NCBI GenBank assembly: GCA_965218295.1
Contig: CBDCKN010000011.1
Coordinates: forward strand, 1-40,102
From: Longimicrobiales bacterium
GTDB taxonomy: Bacteria > Gemmatimonadota > Gemmatimonadetes > Longimicrobiales > Gaopeijiaceae
DNA: 40,102 nucleotides
Reading direction: 5' to 3'
Position numbers and translations under genes: made by a program
The notes under the pieces: model-generated
Told to the model about the DNA's origin: nothing
The model's database searches: none
Seen by the model: the letters and a program-made list of their open reading frames with translations, nothing else
In this document: positions 8,985 to 18,354 of the stretch, piece after piece
Layout: each line of letters opens with the position of its first letter
Position numbering within the stretch: the stretch's first letter is position 1

Positions 8985-11053
8985 GCCTGGCCTTCCGCCG
9001 CTCTTACGCGCCCCGGGCCCGCACGGCCGGGGCGTTGCGCGTTGGGTGCTTCGCCACCGGGCTTGCCCTCACGGGCGTCTTGATGCCCGGGATCGCGAGC
9101 GCCCAGGTACCGGACACGCTCCAGGTACCGGACAGTCTGCAGGTCCCGGACAGTCTGCAGGTACCGGACACGCTACAGGTACCGGACAGTCTGCCGGTGG
9201 TGTCGGATTCGCTCCAGCAGGTTCTGGACTCGCTGGCGGCCGTGGTCGACTCCTTGTCCGGCGCCGTGGATACGTTTCCGCAGTTCCCGTCCGGCGTAGC
9301 GCCCTCCTGGGAAGCGGCGGTGTGGAGTTGGGATCGATCCGCACTGGCGTCCAATCGAGCGCTCACGCTCGCCGAGCTGGTCAGTCAAGTTCCGGGAGTG
9401 ATCGCGCTGAAGGGGGGAGACTACGGGACGCCCCTGGCCGCCATGGCGTTCGGCGCCGCGGGAGGGCGCGTCCGGGTCCTTTGGGACGGCTTCGAGTGGG
9501 TCCCCCTGGATGGGGGGGTGGCGGACCTGTCGCGCATCGGCCTGGCAGGACTCGACGAGGTGCGGGTGGAGCGGCATCCCGGAGAGCTACGCATCGAGAT
9601 CCGAACCCGGGAGCCTACCGAGCCGGAGCCCGTGAGCATAGTGAACGTCGGAACGGGCGATCTGGGAACGAACGTCCTTCGCGGCGTCCTGGCCCATCCC
9701 AACTCGCTGGGCGGCGCCTTCACATTCACCCTGGATCGTTTGGAGACCCGGGGGCCGGGCCTCGACGACGCCGGCTCCCTCAGCGGCGTCGGGCTCAGGT
9801 ACGCACTGGCCCGAAGCAACCGGGGCGGACTCTCGGCGGAGCTCCGACGCTCCGCCACAAAGACCGACGTGGAGGATTTTCCCACCAACCTCACCCGGAA
9901 TGATTGGAACGTGAGGGGAAGGTGGCGCTTCACGGATGACCTGATAGGCGAGGCCCACTGGGGCGCCTCGTCCCTGACGGGCGACGTGGAGGACCCCGTG
10001 TACGGAGGCATCGACGCCAGGCGCTCCCAGCTCGGGCTCCGGGCCGGCTACGAGAGGGGAGGAGTCTGGGGGAACGCCGCCGCCCGGTTTCTTTCCGGTG
10101 AGGGCTTGCCGACCAGCACCTATGAGCTTGCGGTGGGTGGGTCCCAGCCGCAGGCGCTCTCGGTCGACGGATCGCTGCGGCTGGAGCGCTGGTCCGATGA
10201 GAGCGCTTCTTCCTGGAGAGCCCGTGCCGTCACGGCACCCCTGCTGGGACTGTCCCTCTTCGCCTCCTACGAGGACGGCAAGAGCGGTGTGCCCTTCGTT
10301 CCGGAGTTCGAGGAGTACCTCCGATCCCTCGAGCCGGAGCCACCGGACAGCATCCAGCCCCCGGATCCCGAGCCGGAACCGCCGGACAGCATCCAGCCCC
10401 TGGAGAGGCCCGTGGCGCGCTTCACTGAACGGACCGGAATACGTGCCGGAGCCACCTTCAACTGGAGGAGTCTGAGCTTGTCGGGAGCGTGGCTCTCCAT
10501 GGAGGCGGACTCGCTGCGTCCTCTGGGGCTTCTCCTGGATCGGGACGCCGTGGCGTTGGAGGGCAGAAAGCGGACCGGCTACGAGGTATCCGCCAGCCTG
10601 CCCCTCCCCCTGTCGGGGTTCAGGGTGGAAGCGGCCTTCCAGTCGTGGGACGAAGAGCAGGCCTACCTCCCCAAGCGCACCTGGGACGGGGCCATCACCT
10701 ACCACCGGGTCTTCAAGGAGTCGAGGAACCTGGAGCTCTGGGGGACGATTGGAGTGGCCGGTCGCGATCCCATGCTTCTGCCCATCATCGATCCCGATCC
10801 GCCGGTGGCCGATCCCGTAGACCCTGGGGGAGACCCGGAGCCGGATCCCGACGGCGAGCCGGCCGGACCGCCTCTGCTACGGGTGCCTTTCTACCAGGAC
10901 TGGTACACGCTGATCCAGGTGCGGATCGTCAGTTTGAACATCTTCATTCGTTTGGAGAACGTCGCGGGGAAGGACGACAACTTCGACTTTCCCGGTCGCC
11001 AGCAGCCCCGCTCTCGCACACTGTACGGGGTTCGCTGGACCATGAATAATTAG
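8981..11053 (+). CDS. Outer-membrane beta-barrel protein with TonB-receptor plug-like domain
   Basis: GTGA overlap with pepA; signal peptide ending ASAQ; plug-like 'LTLAELVSQVPGV..GGRVRVLWDG..LDEVRVER'; amphipathic strands; C-terminal YGVRWTMNN. Confidence 0.65.
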   Translation: MSLAFRRSYAPRARTAGALRVGCFATGLALTGVLMPGIASAQVPDTLQVPDSLQVPDSLQVPDTLQVPDSLPVVSDSLQQVLDSLAAVVDSLSGAVDTFPQFPSGVAPSWEAAVWSWDRSALASNRALTLAELVSQVPGVIALKGGDYGTPLAAMAFGAAGGRVRVLWDGFEWVPLDGGVADLSRIGLAGLDEVRVERHPGELRIEIRTREPTEPEPVSIVNVGTGDLGTNVLRGVLAHPNSLGGAFTFTLDRLETRGPGLDDAGSLSGVGLRYALARSNRGGLSAELRRSATKTDVEDFPTNLTRNDWNVRGRWRFTDDLIGEAHWGASSLTGDVEDPVYGGIDARRSQLGLRAGYERGGVWGNAAARFLSGEGLPTSTYELAVGGSQPQALSVDGSLRLERWSDESASSWRARAVTAPLLGLSLFASYEDGKSGVPFVPEFEEYLRSLEPEPPDSIQPPDPEPEPPDSIQPLERPVARFTERTGIRAGATFNWRSLSLSGAWLSMEADSLRPLGLLLDRDAVALEGRKRTGYEVSASLPLPLSGFRVEAAFQSWDEEQAYLPKRTWDGAITYHRVFKESRNLELWGTIGVAGRDPMLLPIIDPDPPVADPVDPGGDPEPDPDGEPAGPPLLRVPFYQDWYTLIQVRIVSLNIFIRLENVAGKDDNFDFPGRQQPRSRTLYGVRWTMNN
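9104..9193 (+). repeat. In-frame tandem repeat, 5 x 18 bp (QVPD[T/S]L)
   Basis: caggtaccggacacgctc / caggtaccggacagtctg / caggtcccggacagtctg / caggtaccggacacgcta / caggtaccggacagtctg. Confidence 0.95.
10331..10399 (+). repeat. In-frame 30-bp duplication, 39-bp period (EPEPPDSIQP x2)
   Basis: 10331-10360 and 10370-10399 are near-identical. Confidence 0.85.
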
Positions 11054-11096
11054 AAGGGCTCCCCTCCATTCTGCGATTCAAGAGGGACTTTCTGAG

Positions 11097-11990
11097 ATGA
11101 TTCGAAGCATGACCGGCTTCGGCGAGGCCGAGGAGGCCACCGACGCCGGCCTCGTCCGTGTCGAGATCAAGACCGTCAACCATCGGTTTTTCAACGCCAG
11201 CCTGCGGACGCCGCCGGGCTTCGACCGGCTCGAGACCGAGATCCAGTCCTGGCTGCGCCTCTTCATCGGGCGGGGGCACGTGACCTACACCCTCACAGTG
11301 GACCGCGGCCTCACGAGCGGAGACCAGGCCCTTCCGGAGCTCGATCTGGACAAGGCCACGCGTTACCGGGAGCTCTTGGAGACCCTCAGGAGCGAGCTTA
11401 ATCTCGAGGGGCCCGTGGAGCTGTCTCACGTGGCGCGCTTCGGGGAGATCTTCAGGGCCCCTGACCCGGCGAGCGCGTCTGCCGAAGTGGACACGGCCGT
11501 GATCAAGGAGCTCACGGAGGCAGCCGCCGGGGCCGTGGTTGGCATGCGGGAGACCGAGGGAGCCAGACTACAGGCGGATCTGAAGGAGCGACTGGATGCC
11601 ATCGAGACCCACCTCGGCCTCATGGAGCGACGAGCGCCGAAGCGCCTTGTCGAAGAGCGGGATCGCCTTCGGGAGGCGGTGGCCGAGCTCATGGAAGGCC
11701 ATCCAGTGGATGAGGACAGGCTGGCCCGCGAGATCGCGTACCTGGCCGAGAAGTGGGACATCAACGAGGAGCTCGTGCGCTTCCGCTCTCACGTTGAGCT
11801 CTTCCGTGAGACCCTGACGACCGATCCTCCCGAGCCTGTGGGCAAGCGCCTGGGGTTCGTGATCCAGGAGATGCACCGAGAGGCCAACACCGTCGGGTCC
11901 AAGGCCAACGACTCGGAGATCGGTGAGGCGGCCGTCTCCCTCAAGGAAGAGATAGAGCGCCTCCGCGAGCAGCTGGAGAACGTGGAGTGA
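11097..11990 (+). CDS. yicC: YicC/YloC family endoribonuclease
   Basis: MIRSMTGFG, EIKTVNHRF, GKRLGFVIQEMHREANTVGSKAN, ERLREQLENVE. Confidence 0.95.
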   Translation: MIRSMTGFGEAEEATDAGLVRVEIKTVNHRFFNASLRTPPGFDRLETEIQSWLRLFIGRGHVTYTLTVDRGLTSGDQALPELDLDKATRYRELLETLRSELNLEGPVELSHVARFGEIFRAPDPASASAEVDTAVIKELTEAAAGAVVGMRETEGARLQADLKERLDAIETHLGLMERRAPKRLVEERDRLREAVAELMEGHPVDEDRLAREIAYLAEKWDINEELVRFRSHVELFRETLTTDPPEPVGKRLGFVIQEMHREANTVGSKANDSEIGEAAVSLKEEIERLREQLENVE

Positions 11991-12655
11991 GCTCGGACGG
12001 CCGCGAAGCCGCAGCGGTGGTTCTGGCCGCCCCAAGCGGGGCGGGGAAGACGTCCATTGCCAAGGCCCTCGTCCGAGGATGGGACGACTTCGTGTTCTCG
12101 GTCTCAGCCACGACGCGCCCGGCCCGGGAGCACGAGGCGGACGGCGTACACTATCACTTCGTGGAAGAGTCGGACTTTCAGGGCATGCTGGACGCCGGGG
12201 AGCTGCTGGAGTGGGCCGAGGTGCATGGGCACATGTACGGCACGCCGGGAAGGAACCTCCCCGCGGCGTTGGAACGGGGACAGCACCTTGTCATGGACAT
12301 CGACGTCCAGGGTGCCATGCAGGTGCGGACCCGTGTCCCGGACGCGATCCTCGTCTTCGTTCTTCCGCCCTCCGCCGATACCCTCGTGGAGCGCCTCAGA
12401 GGGAGGGGAACGGAGGACGACGAGCGCGTGAAGCGGAGGCTTCGAAACGCCCGAGGAGAGCTGGAGCGGGCTCTGGATTTCGACTACGTGGTAGTCAACG
12501 AGAATCTGGATCAGGCCGTCGGCGAGGTGAGAGCCATCGCCGCCGACGAGGGATCTCCGGCCTCTCGGGCCATCGACTTATCCGGCACGATTCGCCAACT
12601 TCAAGGGCGAATCGACGAGATCCTCGAGGCGGGCTTCACCTCCGCCCCGAGCTGA
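11987..12655 (+). CDS. gmk: Guanylate kinase
   Basis: APSGAGKTS P-loop, SVSATTRPAR, LEWAEVHG, DIDVQGA, FVLPPS. Confidence 0.95.
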   Translation: MSSDGREAAAVVLAAPSGAGKTSIAKALVRGWDDFVFSVSATTRPAREHEADGVHYHFVEESDFQGMLDAGELLEWAEVHGHMYGTPGRNLPAALERGQHLVMDIDVQGAMQVRTRVPDAILVFVLPPSADTLVERLRGRGTEDDERVKRRLRNARGELERALDFDYVVVNENLDQAVGEVRAIAADEGSPASRAIDLSGTIRQLQGRIDEILEAGFTSAPS

Positions 12656-12713
12656 AGTACCTTAAGTCCTTACCGGAAAACAACATAAGAGGGCGTCGCC
12701 CAGGAGTTCGCTG

Positions 12714-12929
12714 ATGCGCGTATTCACACCCGACGAGTCTGCCAAGCACACCCAGAGCAAGTATCTCGGCGTGCTCGTGGCAGCGAAGTACGCTCGGGAG
12801 CTAAACGCGTTGCCGAGGGAGACGCTCCCTCTCGGTGAGGAGAAGAAGCTCACCACCAAGTCGCTGGAGGCACTCACCTCCGGAAAGATCGAGTTCCGCC
12901 TGGTAGGGCGTCGGAAGCGGGAGGAATAG
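12714..12929 (+). CDS. rpoZ: RNA polymerase omega subunit
   Basis: SKYLGVLVAAKYAREL..KSLEAL; lies between gmk and coaBC. Confidence 0.9.
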   Translation: MRVFTPDESAKHTQSKYLGVLVAAKYARELNALPRETLPLGEEKKLTTKSLEALTSGKIEFRLVGRRKREE

Positions 12930-12966
12930 CCGCCACCGGCCCGGCGTCTGCCAGAAGCGAGGGGCC

Positions 12967-14208
12967 TTGCCCGGAAGCGTATTGGGTCCGCGGCGTCCTT
13001 GGGAGGGACGCCGGGTCGTTCTTGGAGTCACAGGGGGGATCACGGCCTACAAGGCCGTCCAGCTCGCCCGTGACCTCACGCGTCTCGGTGCCACCGTGGA
13101 TGCCGTTCTCACGCGCGGCGCCCGGCAGTTCATCCAACCCCTCTCCTTCGAGGGCGTAACCGGCCGCCCGGCCCTCACCGAGCTCTTCTCCGCCGAGGGG
13201 GCGGCGCTCCATATCAGACTCGGGCAGGAGGCCGATGTGGTGTGCGTGGCGCCGGCCACGGCCGACTTCCTGGCACGGGCCGCCCAGGGACGCGCCAACG
13301 ACCTCCTCACGACCACGCTTCTGGCAACCCGTGCCCCAGTGGTCCTCTGTCCAGCCATGAACGATCGCATGTTCGCGCATCCCCAGACCCAGGCCAACAT
13401 CGCCCATCTGCGAGAGTCCTTGTCCTATCGCATCGCCGGACCGGCCGTGGGCCCCTTGGCCTACGGCGAGGGGGAGGGGCCTGGGAGAATGCTCGAGCCT
13501 GCCGAGATCATCGAAGAGGTGGGGCGTGCTCTGGTCACGCCCTCGCCCCTCGACGGGAAGCGCGTTCTGGTGACGGCGGGTCCGACCCGAGAGGCCATCG
13601 ATCCGGTGCGCTACCTTGGGAATCGTTCATCAGGCCGCATGGGCTTCGCCCTGGCGGCGGCTGCGTGGAGGCGGGGGGCCAAGGTCAGGGTGGTGTCCGG
13701 GCCGGTGGCTCTCCCAGACCCGCACGGGGTCGAGGTCCTTCGGGTGGAGACGGCCAAGGAGATGTTCGACCATGTGTCGGAGGGCCTGCCCGAAGCGGAC
13801 GTGTCCATCTTCGCGTCGGCCGTGGCGGATTTCCGCCCGGCGGATTCATCGGAGGGGAAGCTCAAGCGGGCCGACGTGGGGCCCGAGCTGGCCCTGAGCC
13901 TTACCGAGAATCCCGACGTTGCCGGGGGAACCCGGGAGCGTCGGAAGACGGGGTCCATCGTGGTGGGCTTCGCCCTCGAGACCCGATCCCTGTTGGAGAA
14001 CGGCCAGAAGAAGCTCGAGACGAAGGACTTCGACCTGCTCGTGGCCAACGACGCGACCGAGGAGGGTGCCGGGTTCGAGGTGGACACGAATCGAGTGACC
14101 CTGCTCACCCCGGGGAAGCCCAACGAGGAGCTACCTCTCCTGAGCAAGGACGAGGTGGCCGAGATCATCCTGGACCGGGTCACGAGCCTCCTGGAGAGCC
14201 GCCAGTGA
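12967..14208 (+). CDS. coaBC: Phosphopantothenoylcysteine decarboxylase/ligase
   Basis: LGVTGGITAYK, APATAD, PAMN, VTAGPTREAIDPVRYLGNRSSGRMG, VGFALET. Confidence 0.95.
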   Translation: MPGSVLGPRRPWEGRRVVLGVTGGITAYKAVQLARDLTRLGATVDAVLTRGARQFIQPLSFEGVTGRPALTELFSAEGAALHIRLGQEADVVCVAPATADFLARAAQGRANDLLTTTLLATRAPVVLCPAMNDRMFAHPQTQANIAHLRESLSYRIAGPAVGPLAYGEGEGPGRMLEPAEIIEEVGRALVTPSPLDGKRVLVTAGPTREAIDPVRYLGNRSSGRMGFALAAAAWRRGAKVRVVSGPVALPDPHGVEVLRVETAKEMFDHVSEGLPEADVSIFASAVADFRPADSSEGKLKRADVGPELALSLTENPDVAGGTRERRKTGSIVVGFALETRSLLENGQKKLETKDFDLLVANDATEEGAGFEVDTNRVTLLTPGKPNEELPLLSKDEVAEIILDRVTSLLESRQ

Positions 14209-14993
14209 GCCGTAGCCCCCGGGAGATCGAACGAGTCGCGCGCTTCCTGGGGCAGAAGAAGGAGCTCGGCATGCCGGAACTCTTCCTGGACGAGCTCTCC
14301 AGGGAGCAGGTCCTGGCGACCACCGCAGGAGCGCTCGCGAGGGCCCGGTCGACGGGGGAGAGCGTTGCCTCGCCGGCGGGTGCAGCGGGTGCAGGGGGAC
14401 CGGACGACGGCGCCGCTGCGCGGCCGCGCGACCTGGGCGTCTTGGACTACGAAGGACTCAAGGCCGCCGCCGAGGTGTGCCAGCTCTGTCGGCTGGCCCG
14501 CACGAGAACGCACGTGGTCTTCTCCGACGGGAATCCAAACGCGCGCCTCATGGTCGTGGGAGAGGCCCCCGGCGCCAACGAGGATCGCACCGGTCTTGCT
14601 TTCGTCGGCCATGCGGGGAAGCTTCTCGATCTTATCCTGGCGTCGGTGGATCTGTCGCGGCAGGAGTCCGTCTACATCTGCAACGTGCTCAAGTGTCGTC
14701 CGCCTGGGAATCGCGATCCCATGGCCGACGAAATCGACCTCTGTGCGCCGTATTTGAAGGGGCAGATTGCGCTGGTTGCGCCGGAGGTTATTCTGGCCGT
14801 AGGCACCTTCGCCGCTCAGCTCCTGACGGCGACCAATCGACCCCTCGGGAAGCTGCGGGGCTCTGTGTATAGCTACCAAGGTGTGCCCCTCGTGGTGACC
14901 TACCACCCGGCGGCGCTGCTACGAAATCCGGGCTGGACCCGCTCCATGTGGGACGATCTCCAGCTCCTTCGACAGGTGATGGACGAAAGCTGA
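14205..14993 (+). CDS. Uracil-DNA glycosylase family 4 (Fe-S)
   Basis: CQLCRL, VVGEAPG, NVLKCRPPGNRDP, TYHPAALLRNP. GTGA overlap with coaBC. Confidence 0.93.
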   Translation: MSRSPREIERVARFLGQKKELGMPELFLDELSREQVLATTAGALARARSTGESVASPAGAAGAGGPDDGAAARPRDLGVLDYEGLKAAAEVCQLCRLARTRTHVVFSDGNPNARLMVVGEAPGANEDRTGLAFVGHAGKLLDLILASVDLSRQESVYICNVLKCRPPGNRDPMADEIDLCAPYLKGQIALVAPEVILAVGTFAAQLLTATNRPLGKLRGSVYSYQGVPLVVTYHPAALLRNPGWTRSMWDDLQLLRQVMDES

Positions 14994-16408
14994 TGGAGAC
15001 TGCATCGATCCCTGCGGCGGCGCCCGAGTACGACCGCCAGCCACCGTACTCCCTCGAGGCGGAGGTCTCGGTTCTGGGTGGAATGCTCATCGACAACGAT
15101 GCCGTCGCCAGGGCCATCGAGGTCGTCGACGACTCCATGTTCTACCGGGAGGCCAACCGGCGCCTGTTCCGGTCCATGACCCGCCTCTTCGAGCGCGGCG
15201 ACGTGGTCGACGTGATCACGCTCAACGAAGAGCTCAAGAAGACGAATGAGCTCGAGTCGGCCGGTGGCGCCACCTATCTGGCGGAGCTGCTGGATGCAGT
15301 GCCGACGGCGGCCAACATCGAGTACCACGCGCGCATCGTCCGGGAGAAGGCGCTCCTAAGGCGGCTCATCGACGCCGCGTCGGACATCATCCGGGACGTC
15401 TACGACCAGGGTGAGCGGGACGTAGAGGAGGTGCTGGACCAGGCGGAGCAGCGGGTCTTCCGGGTAGCCGAGAGCCACGCCCGGGAGGGCTTCGTGTGGA
15501 TCAAGGAGATCCTGTGGCCGACCTTCGAGCGCATCGAGCGGCTGCAGGAGTCCGCCGGGGGAATCACGGGCGTGGCCACCGGCATGAGGGACCTGGACCG
15601 CATGACAACGGGCTTGCAGAAGGGTGACCTGATCGTGGTGGCCGCCCGGCCCTCCATGGGGAAGACCTCCTGGGTCCTGAACGTGGCGCAGACCGCGGCC
15701 ATCGAGCACAACACGACGGTGGCCATCTTCTCCCTGGAGATGTCGAAGGAGCAGTTAGTCCAGCGCTTCCTGTGTGCCGAGGGCCGCGTGGACGCCCAGA
15801 GGCTCCGTCGCGGCAAGCTGAGCCCGGACGAATACCAGCGTCTCGCGGCGGCGGCTGGGCACCTCAACACCGCTCCGCTTTGGATCGACGACTCGCCGGG
15901 AAACACGGTCCTGGAAATGCGGGCCAAAGCCCGGCGGCTGAAGTCCGATACGGATCTCGGCCTGTTGATCATCGATTACATGCAGCTCATGTCGGGCAAC
16001 ACGAGGTGGGAGAACCGGGTCCAGGAGGTCAGCGAGATCTCCCGGGGCCTGAAGGCCCTGGCCCGGGAGCTCAACGTTTCCGTCATCGCCGTCAGCCAGC
16101 TCAGCCGGGCTCCGGAGCAGCGGACGGATCGGCGGCCCCAACTATCGGACCTGCGTGACAGTGGGTCGATCGAGCAGGATGCCGATCTGGTCATGTTTCT
16201 GTACCGGCCCGAGTACTACCTTGGCCCCGTGGACAAGGACGGAAACTCTCTGGAGGGGAAGTCCGAGCTGATCGTCGCGAAGCAGCGTAACGGCCCGACC
16301 GGCGTAGTGAACTTGTACTTCCACAAGGCATATACGCGCTTCGATTCAGTGACCAGAGAGCAGCGGGACGAGGCCGACCTGGGGGCAGGTGGGTACGACG
16401 GTCCGTGA
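14993..16408 (+). CDS. dnaB: Replicative DNA helicase
   Basis: PPYSLEAE, AARPSMGKT, FSLEMS, IDYMQL, SQLSR, LRDSGSIEQDAD, KQRNGPTG. No intein. Confidence 0.97.
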   Translation: METASIPAAAPEYDRQPPYSLEAEVSVLGGMLIDNDAVARAIEVVDDSMFYREANRRLFRSMTRLFERGDVVDVITLNEELKKTNELESAGGATYLAELLDAVPTAANIEYHARIVREKALLRRLIDAASDIIRDVYDQGERDVEEVLDQAEQRVFRVAESHAREGFVWIKEILWPTFERIERLQESAGGITGVATGMRDLDRMTTGLQKGDLIVVAARPSMGKTSWVLNVAQTAAIEHNTTVAIFSLEMSKEQLVQRFLCAEGRVDAQRLRRGKLSPDEYQRLAAAAGHLNTAPLWIDDSPGNTVLEMRAKARRLKSDTDLGLLIIDYMQLMSGNTRWENRVQEVSEISRGLKALARELNVSVIAVSQLSRAPEQRTDRRPQLSDLRDSGSIEQDADLVMFLYRPEYYLGPVDKDGNSLEGKSELIVAKQRNGPTGVVNLYFHKAYTRFDSVTREQRDEADLGAGGYDGP

Positions 16409-17127
16409 GCGGACCCTCGGCTGACGGTGTGGAGGCGGGGCAGGCCCCCAGCGTCGGGGTCGTGGTGCCCGCAGCCGGGATGGCTCGGCGCATGGGCGGG
16501 GAGCGCAAGCAGTTTCTCAGCCTAGCCGGTGAGCCCATCCTTCTTCGAGCCGTCCGGCCATTCCTTGCTCACCCGGGCGTGCGGGTCGTCGTCGTGGCGC
16601 TCCCCGCCGAACAGGTAGAGCAACCCCCCTCCTGGCTGACCGACCGGGACGATCGCATCCGGGTCGTCGAGGGGGGCGAGACCCGCCGCGACTCAGTGTG
16701 GGCAGGGCTTCAGGAGCTGCCTCCAGACCTCGACGTCGTTGTGGTGCATGATGGCGCCCGCCCCTTGGTATCGCCCAATGTCGTCGCCCGATGCATCGAA
16801 GTGGCCGCGGGCGGCGCGGGGGCCGTGGCCGGCTTCCCGGCCGTGGACACTATGAAACGGGTCGATGAATTCGGGAGCGTCACCGGGACTCCCGAGCGAT
16901 CGAGCCTCTGGCACGCGCAGACTCCCCAGGCCTTTCCGGGAGCACAGATCCTCGAGGCCTATCGGCGGGCGGTAGCCGAGGATTGGCCGGCCACCGACGA
17001 CGCGGCGCTGGTCGAGAAGAGTGGGGGCACGGTGGTCATGGTGGAATCGTCGCCCACGAACCTGAAGATCACGCGCCAGGAGGATCTGGAAGTGGCGGAG
17101 TCGGTCCTGGCCCGACGGGCGCCGTGA
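16405..17127 (+). CDS. ispD: 2-C-methyl-D-erythritol 4-phosphate cytidylyltransferase
   Basis: PAAGMARRM..KQF, GGETRRDSV, VHDGARP, AQTPQAF, TDDA, NLKIT. Confidence 0.95.
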   Translation: MSGPSADGVEAGQAPSVGVVVPAAGMARRMGGERKQFLSLAGEPILLRAVRPFLAHPGVRVVVVALPAEQVEQPPSWLTDRDDRIRVVEGGETRRDSVWAGLQELPPDLDVVVVHDGARPLVSPNVVARCIEVAAGGAGAVAGFPAVDTMKRVDEFGSVTGTPERSSLWHAQTPQAFPGAQILEAYRRAVAEDWPATDDAALVEKSGGTVVMVESSPTNLKITRQEDLEVAESVLARRAP

Positions 17128-17810
17128 GCGGGCCACGGCTCCTGGACCTTCGGTCGATTCCCGTGGACGGCCTGGACGTCGGGCCCATCCTCGAGCACCT
17201 CAGAGGTGGGGGACTCCTGGCATATCCCACCGAGACCGTCTATGGGTTCGGAGGAATCCCGAGTGACGTTGTCGTCGCGAGGCTTGCCGTCCTCAAGGGC
17301 CGGGAATCCGGAAAGCCCATGCTGATTCTGATTCCGCGCAAGGAGACCGTGGACGACCTGATCTGGACGGAGGCGGCGGCTCAACTCGCAGACGTATTCT
17401 GGCCGGGCTCTGTCACCCTGATCCTCTCGGATCCCGAAGCCCACTTTCCCCCTGGGGTCCGTGGCGCATCGGGGGCCGTAGCGGTCCGGATGAGCCCTCA
17501 CCCCCTCGTGAAGGCTCTGGTCGAAGGGCTCGATGGGCCGCTCGTATCCACGAGTGCCAACGAGCCGGGCGAGCCACCGGCGCTGAATGCGCATCGCGCC
17601 ATGGAGTCGGCGCGGGCCCTCGGCATGGGCGAGGAGCTCTGGGTCCTCGATGGAGGGGCCCTCCCCCCCTCGCTACCTTCCACCATCGTCGACTGCTCCG
17701 GAGCGGCGCCCGTTGTGGTGCGGCAGGGGACCATACCTCTGGGTCGAGTTCGTTGCGTGCTCCCCGAGATCGAGGCCAGTCCAGTGATCGAGGCCAGGTC
17801 CAGTGAGTGA
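17124..17810 (+). CDS. tsaC: L-threonylcarbamoyladenylate synthase (TsaC/Sua5)
   Basis: YPTETVYG, KGR..KP, FWPGSVTL, STSAN, PSTIVD. GTGA overlap. Confidence 0.9.
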   Translation: MSGPRLLDLRSIPVDGLDVGPILEHLRGGGLLAYPTETVYGFGGIPSDVVVARLAVLKGRESGKPMLILIPRKETVDDLIWTEAAAQLADVFWPGSVTLILSDPEAHFPPGVRGASGAVAVRMSPHPLVKALVEGLDGPLVSTSANEPGEPPALNAHRAMESARALGMGEELWVLDGGALPPSLPSTIVDCSGAAPVVVRQGTIPLGRVRCVLPEIEASPVIEARSSE

Positions 17811-18354
17811 ACGGGCCGGCCTCCGTCTCTTGTTCGTGTGCACGGGAAACACCTGCCGGAGTCCGATGGCCCATGCCATCGCCGAACGTATGCTCGAGCG
17901 CCTCGCCTGGGACGACGCCGAGACGCGGTCGGCCGGGGTCTCCGCCTTCCTGGGGAGTGCCGCCAGCGAGGGAGCAGTCCAGGTCGCGGCAGAACAGGGA
18001 CTCGATCTCCAGGGTCACCGAAGCAGCCCTCTGAGCGAGGAGTTGGTCGAGTGGGCGGACATCGTCCTCACCATGAGTGCCCACCATCTGGCGGCGGTGG
18101 AGGCGCATGGCGGCCATGGTAAGGCCGCCATGCTGTCGGCCTTCGCCGAGGGTCAGGAAAGTGGCCGTGGCTGGGGGGTTCCCGATCCGTTCGCCGGCGA
18201 CATCGAGGCCTATCGGGACAGCTTCCGCATCCTGGAGGAGCTGGTGGAAGCCGCCGTGGCAAGGCTCCACCGCGACTCCACGGGCTCGGGGGGTGCCGGA
18301 GATGCCGCGGATATCGGGGACGTCGGGAACACGATAACGGGAAACGACCCATGA
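17803..18354 (+). CDS. Low-molecular-weight phosphatase, YwlE-like (probable protein-arginine phosphatase)
   Basis: P-loop FVCTGNTCRSPMA, SAG, VPDPF. Confidence 0.88.
   Translation: MSERAGLRLLFVCTGNTCRSPMAHAIAERMLERLAWDDAETRSAGVSAFLGSAASEGAVQVAAEQGLDLQGHRSSPLSEELVEWADIVLTMSAHHLAAVEAHGGHGKAAMLSAFAEGQESGRGWGVPDPFAGDIEAYRDSFRILEELVEAAVARLHRDSTGSGGAGDAADIGDVGNTITGNDP

Noticed and set aside
13242..14204. Long N-terminal extension of the UDG ORF (similar cases at 16983, 31351 and 37097)
   Set aside because: Shadow frames over the upstream gene in GC-rich DNA; the true starts are at stop/start overlaps.
14993..16408. Intein in DnaB
   Set aside because: Normal length (~471 aa) with contiguous motifs.
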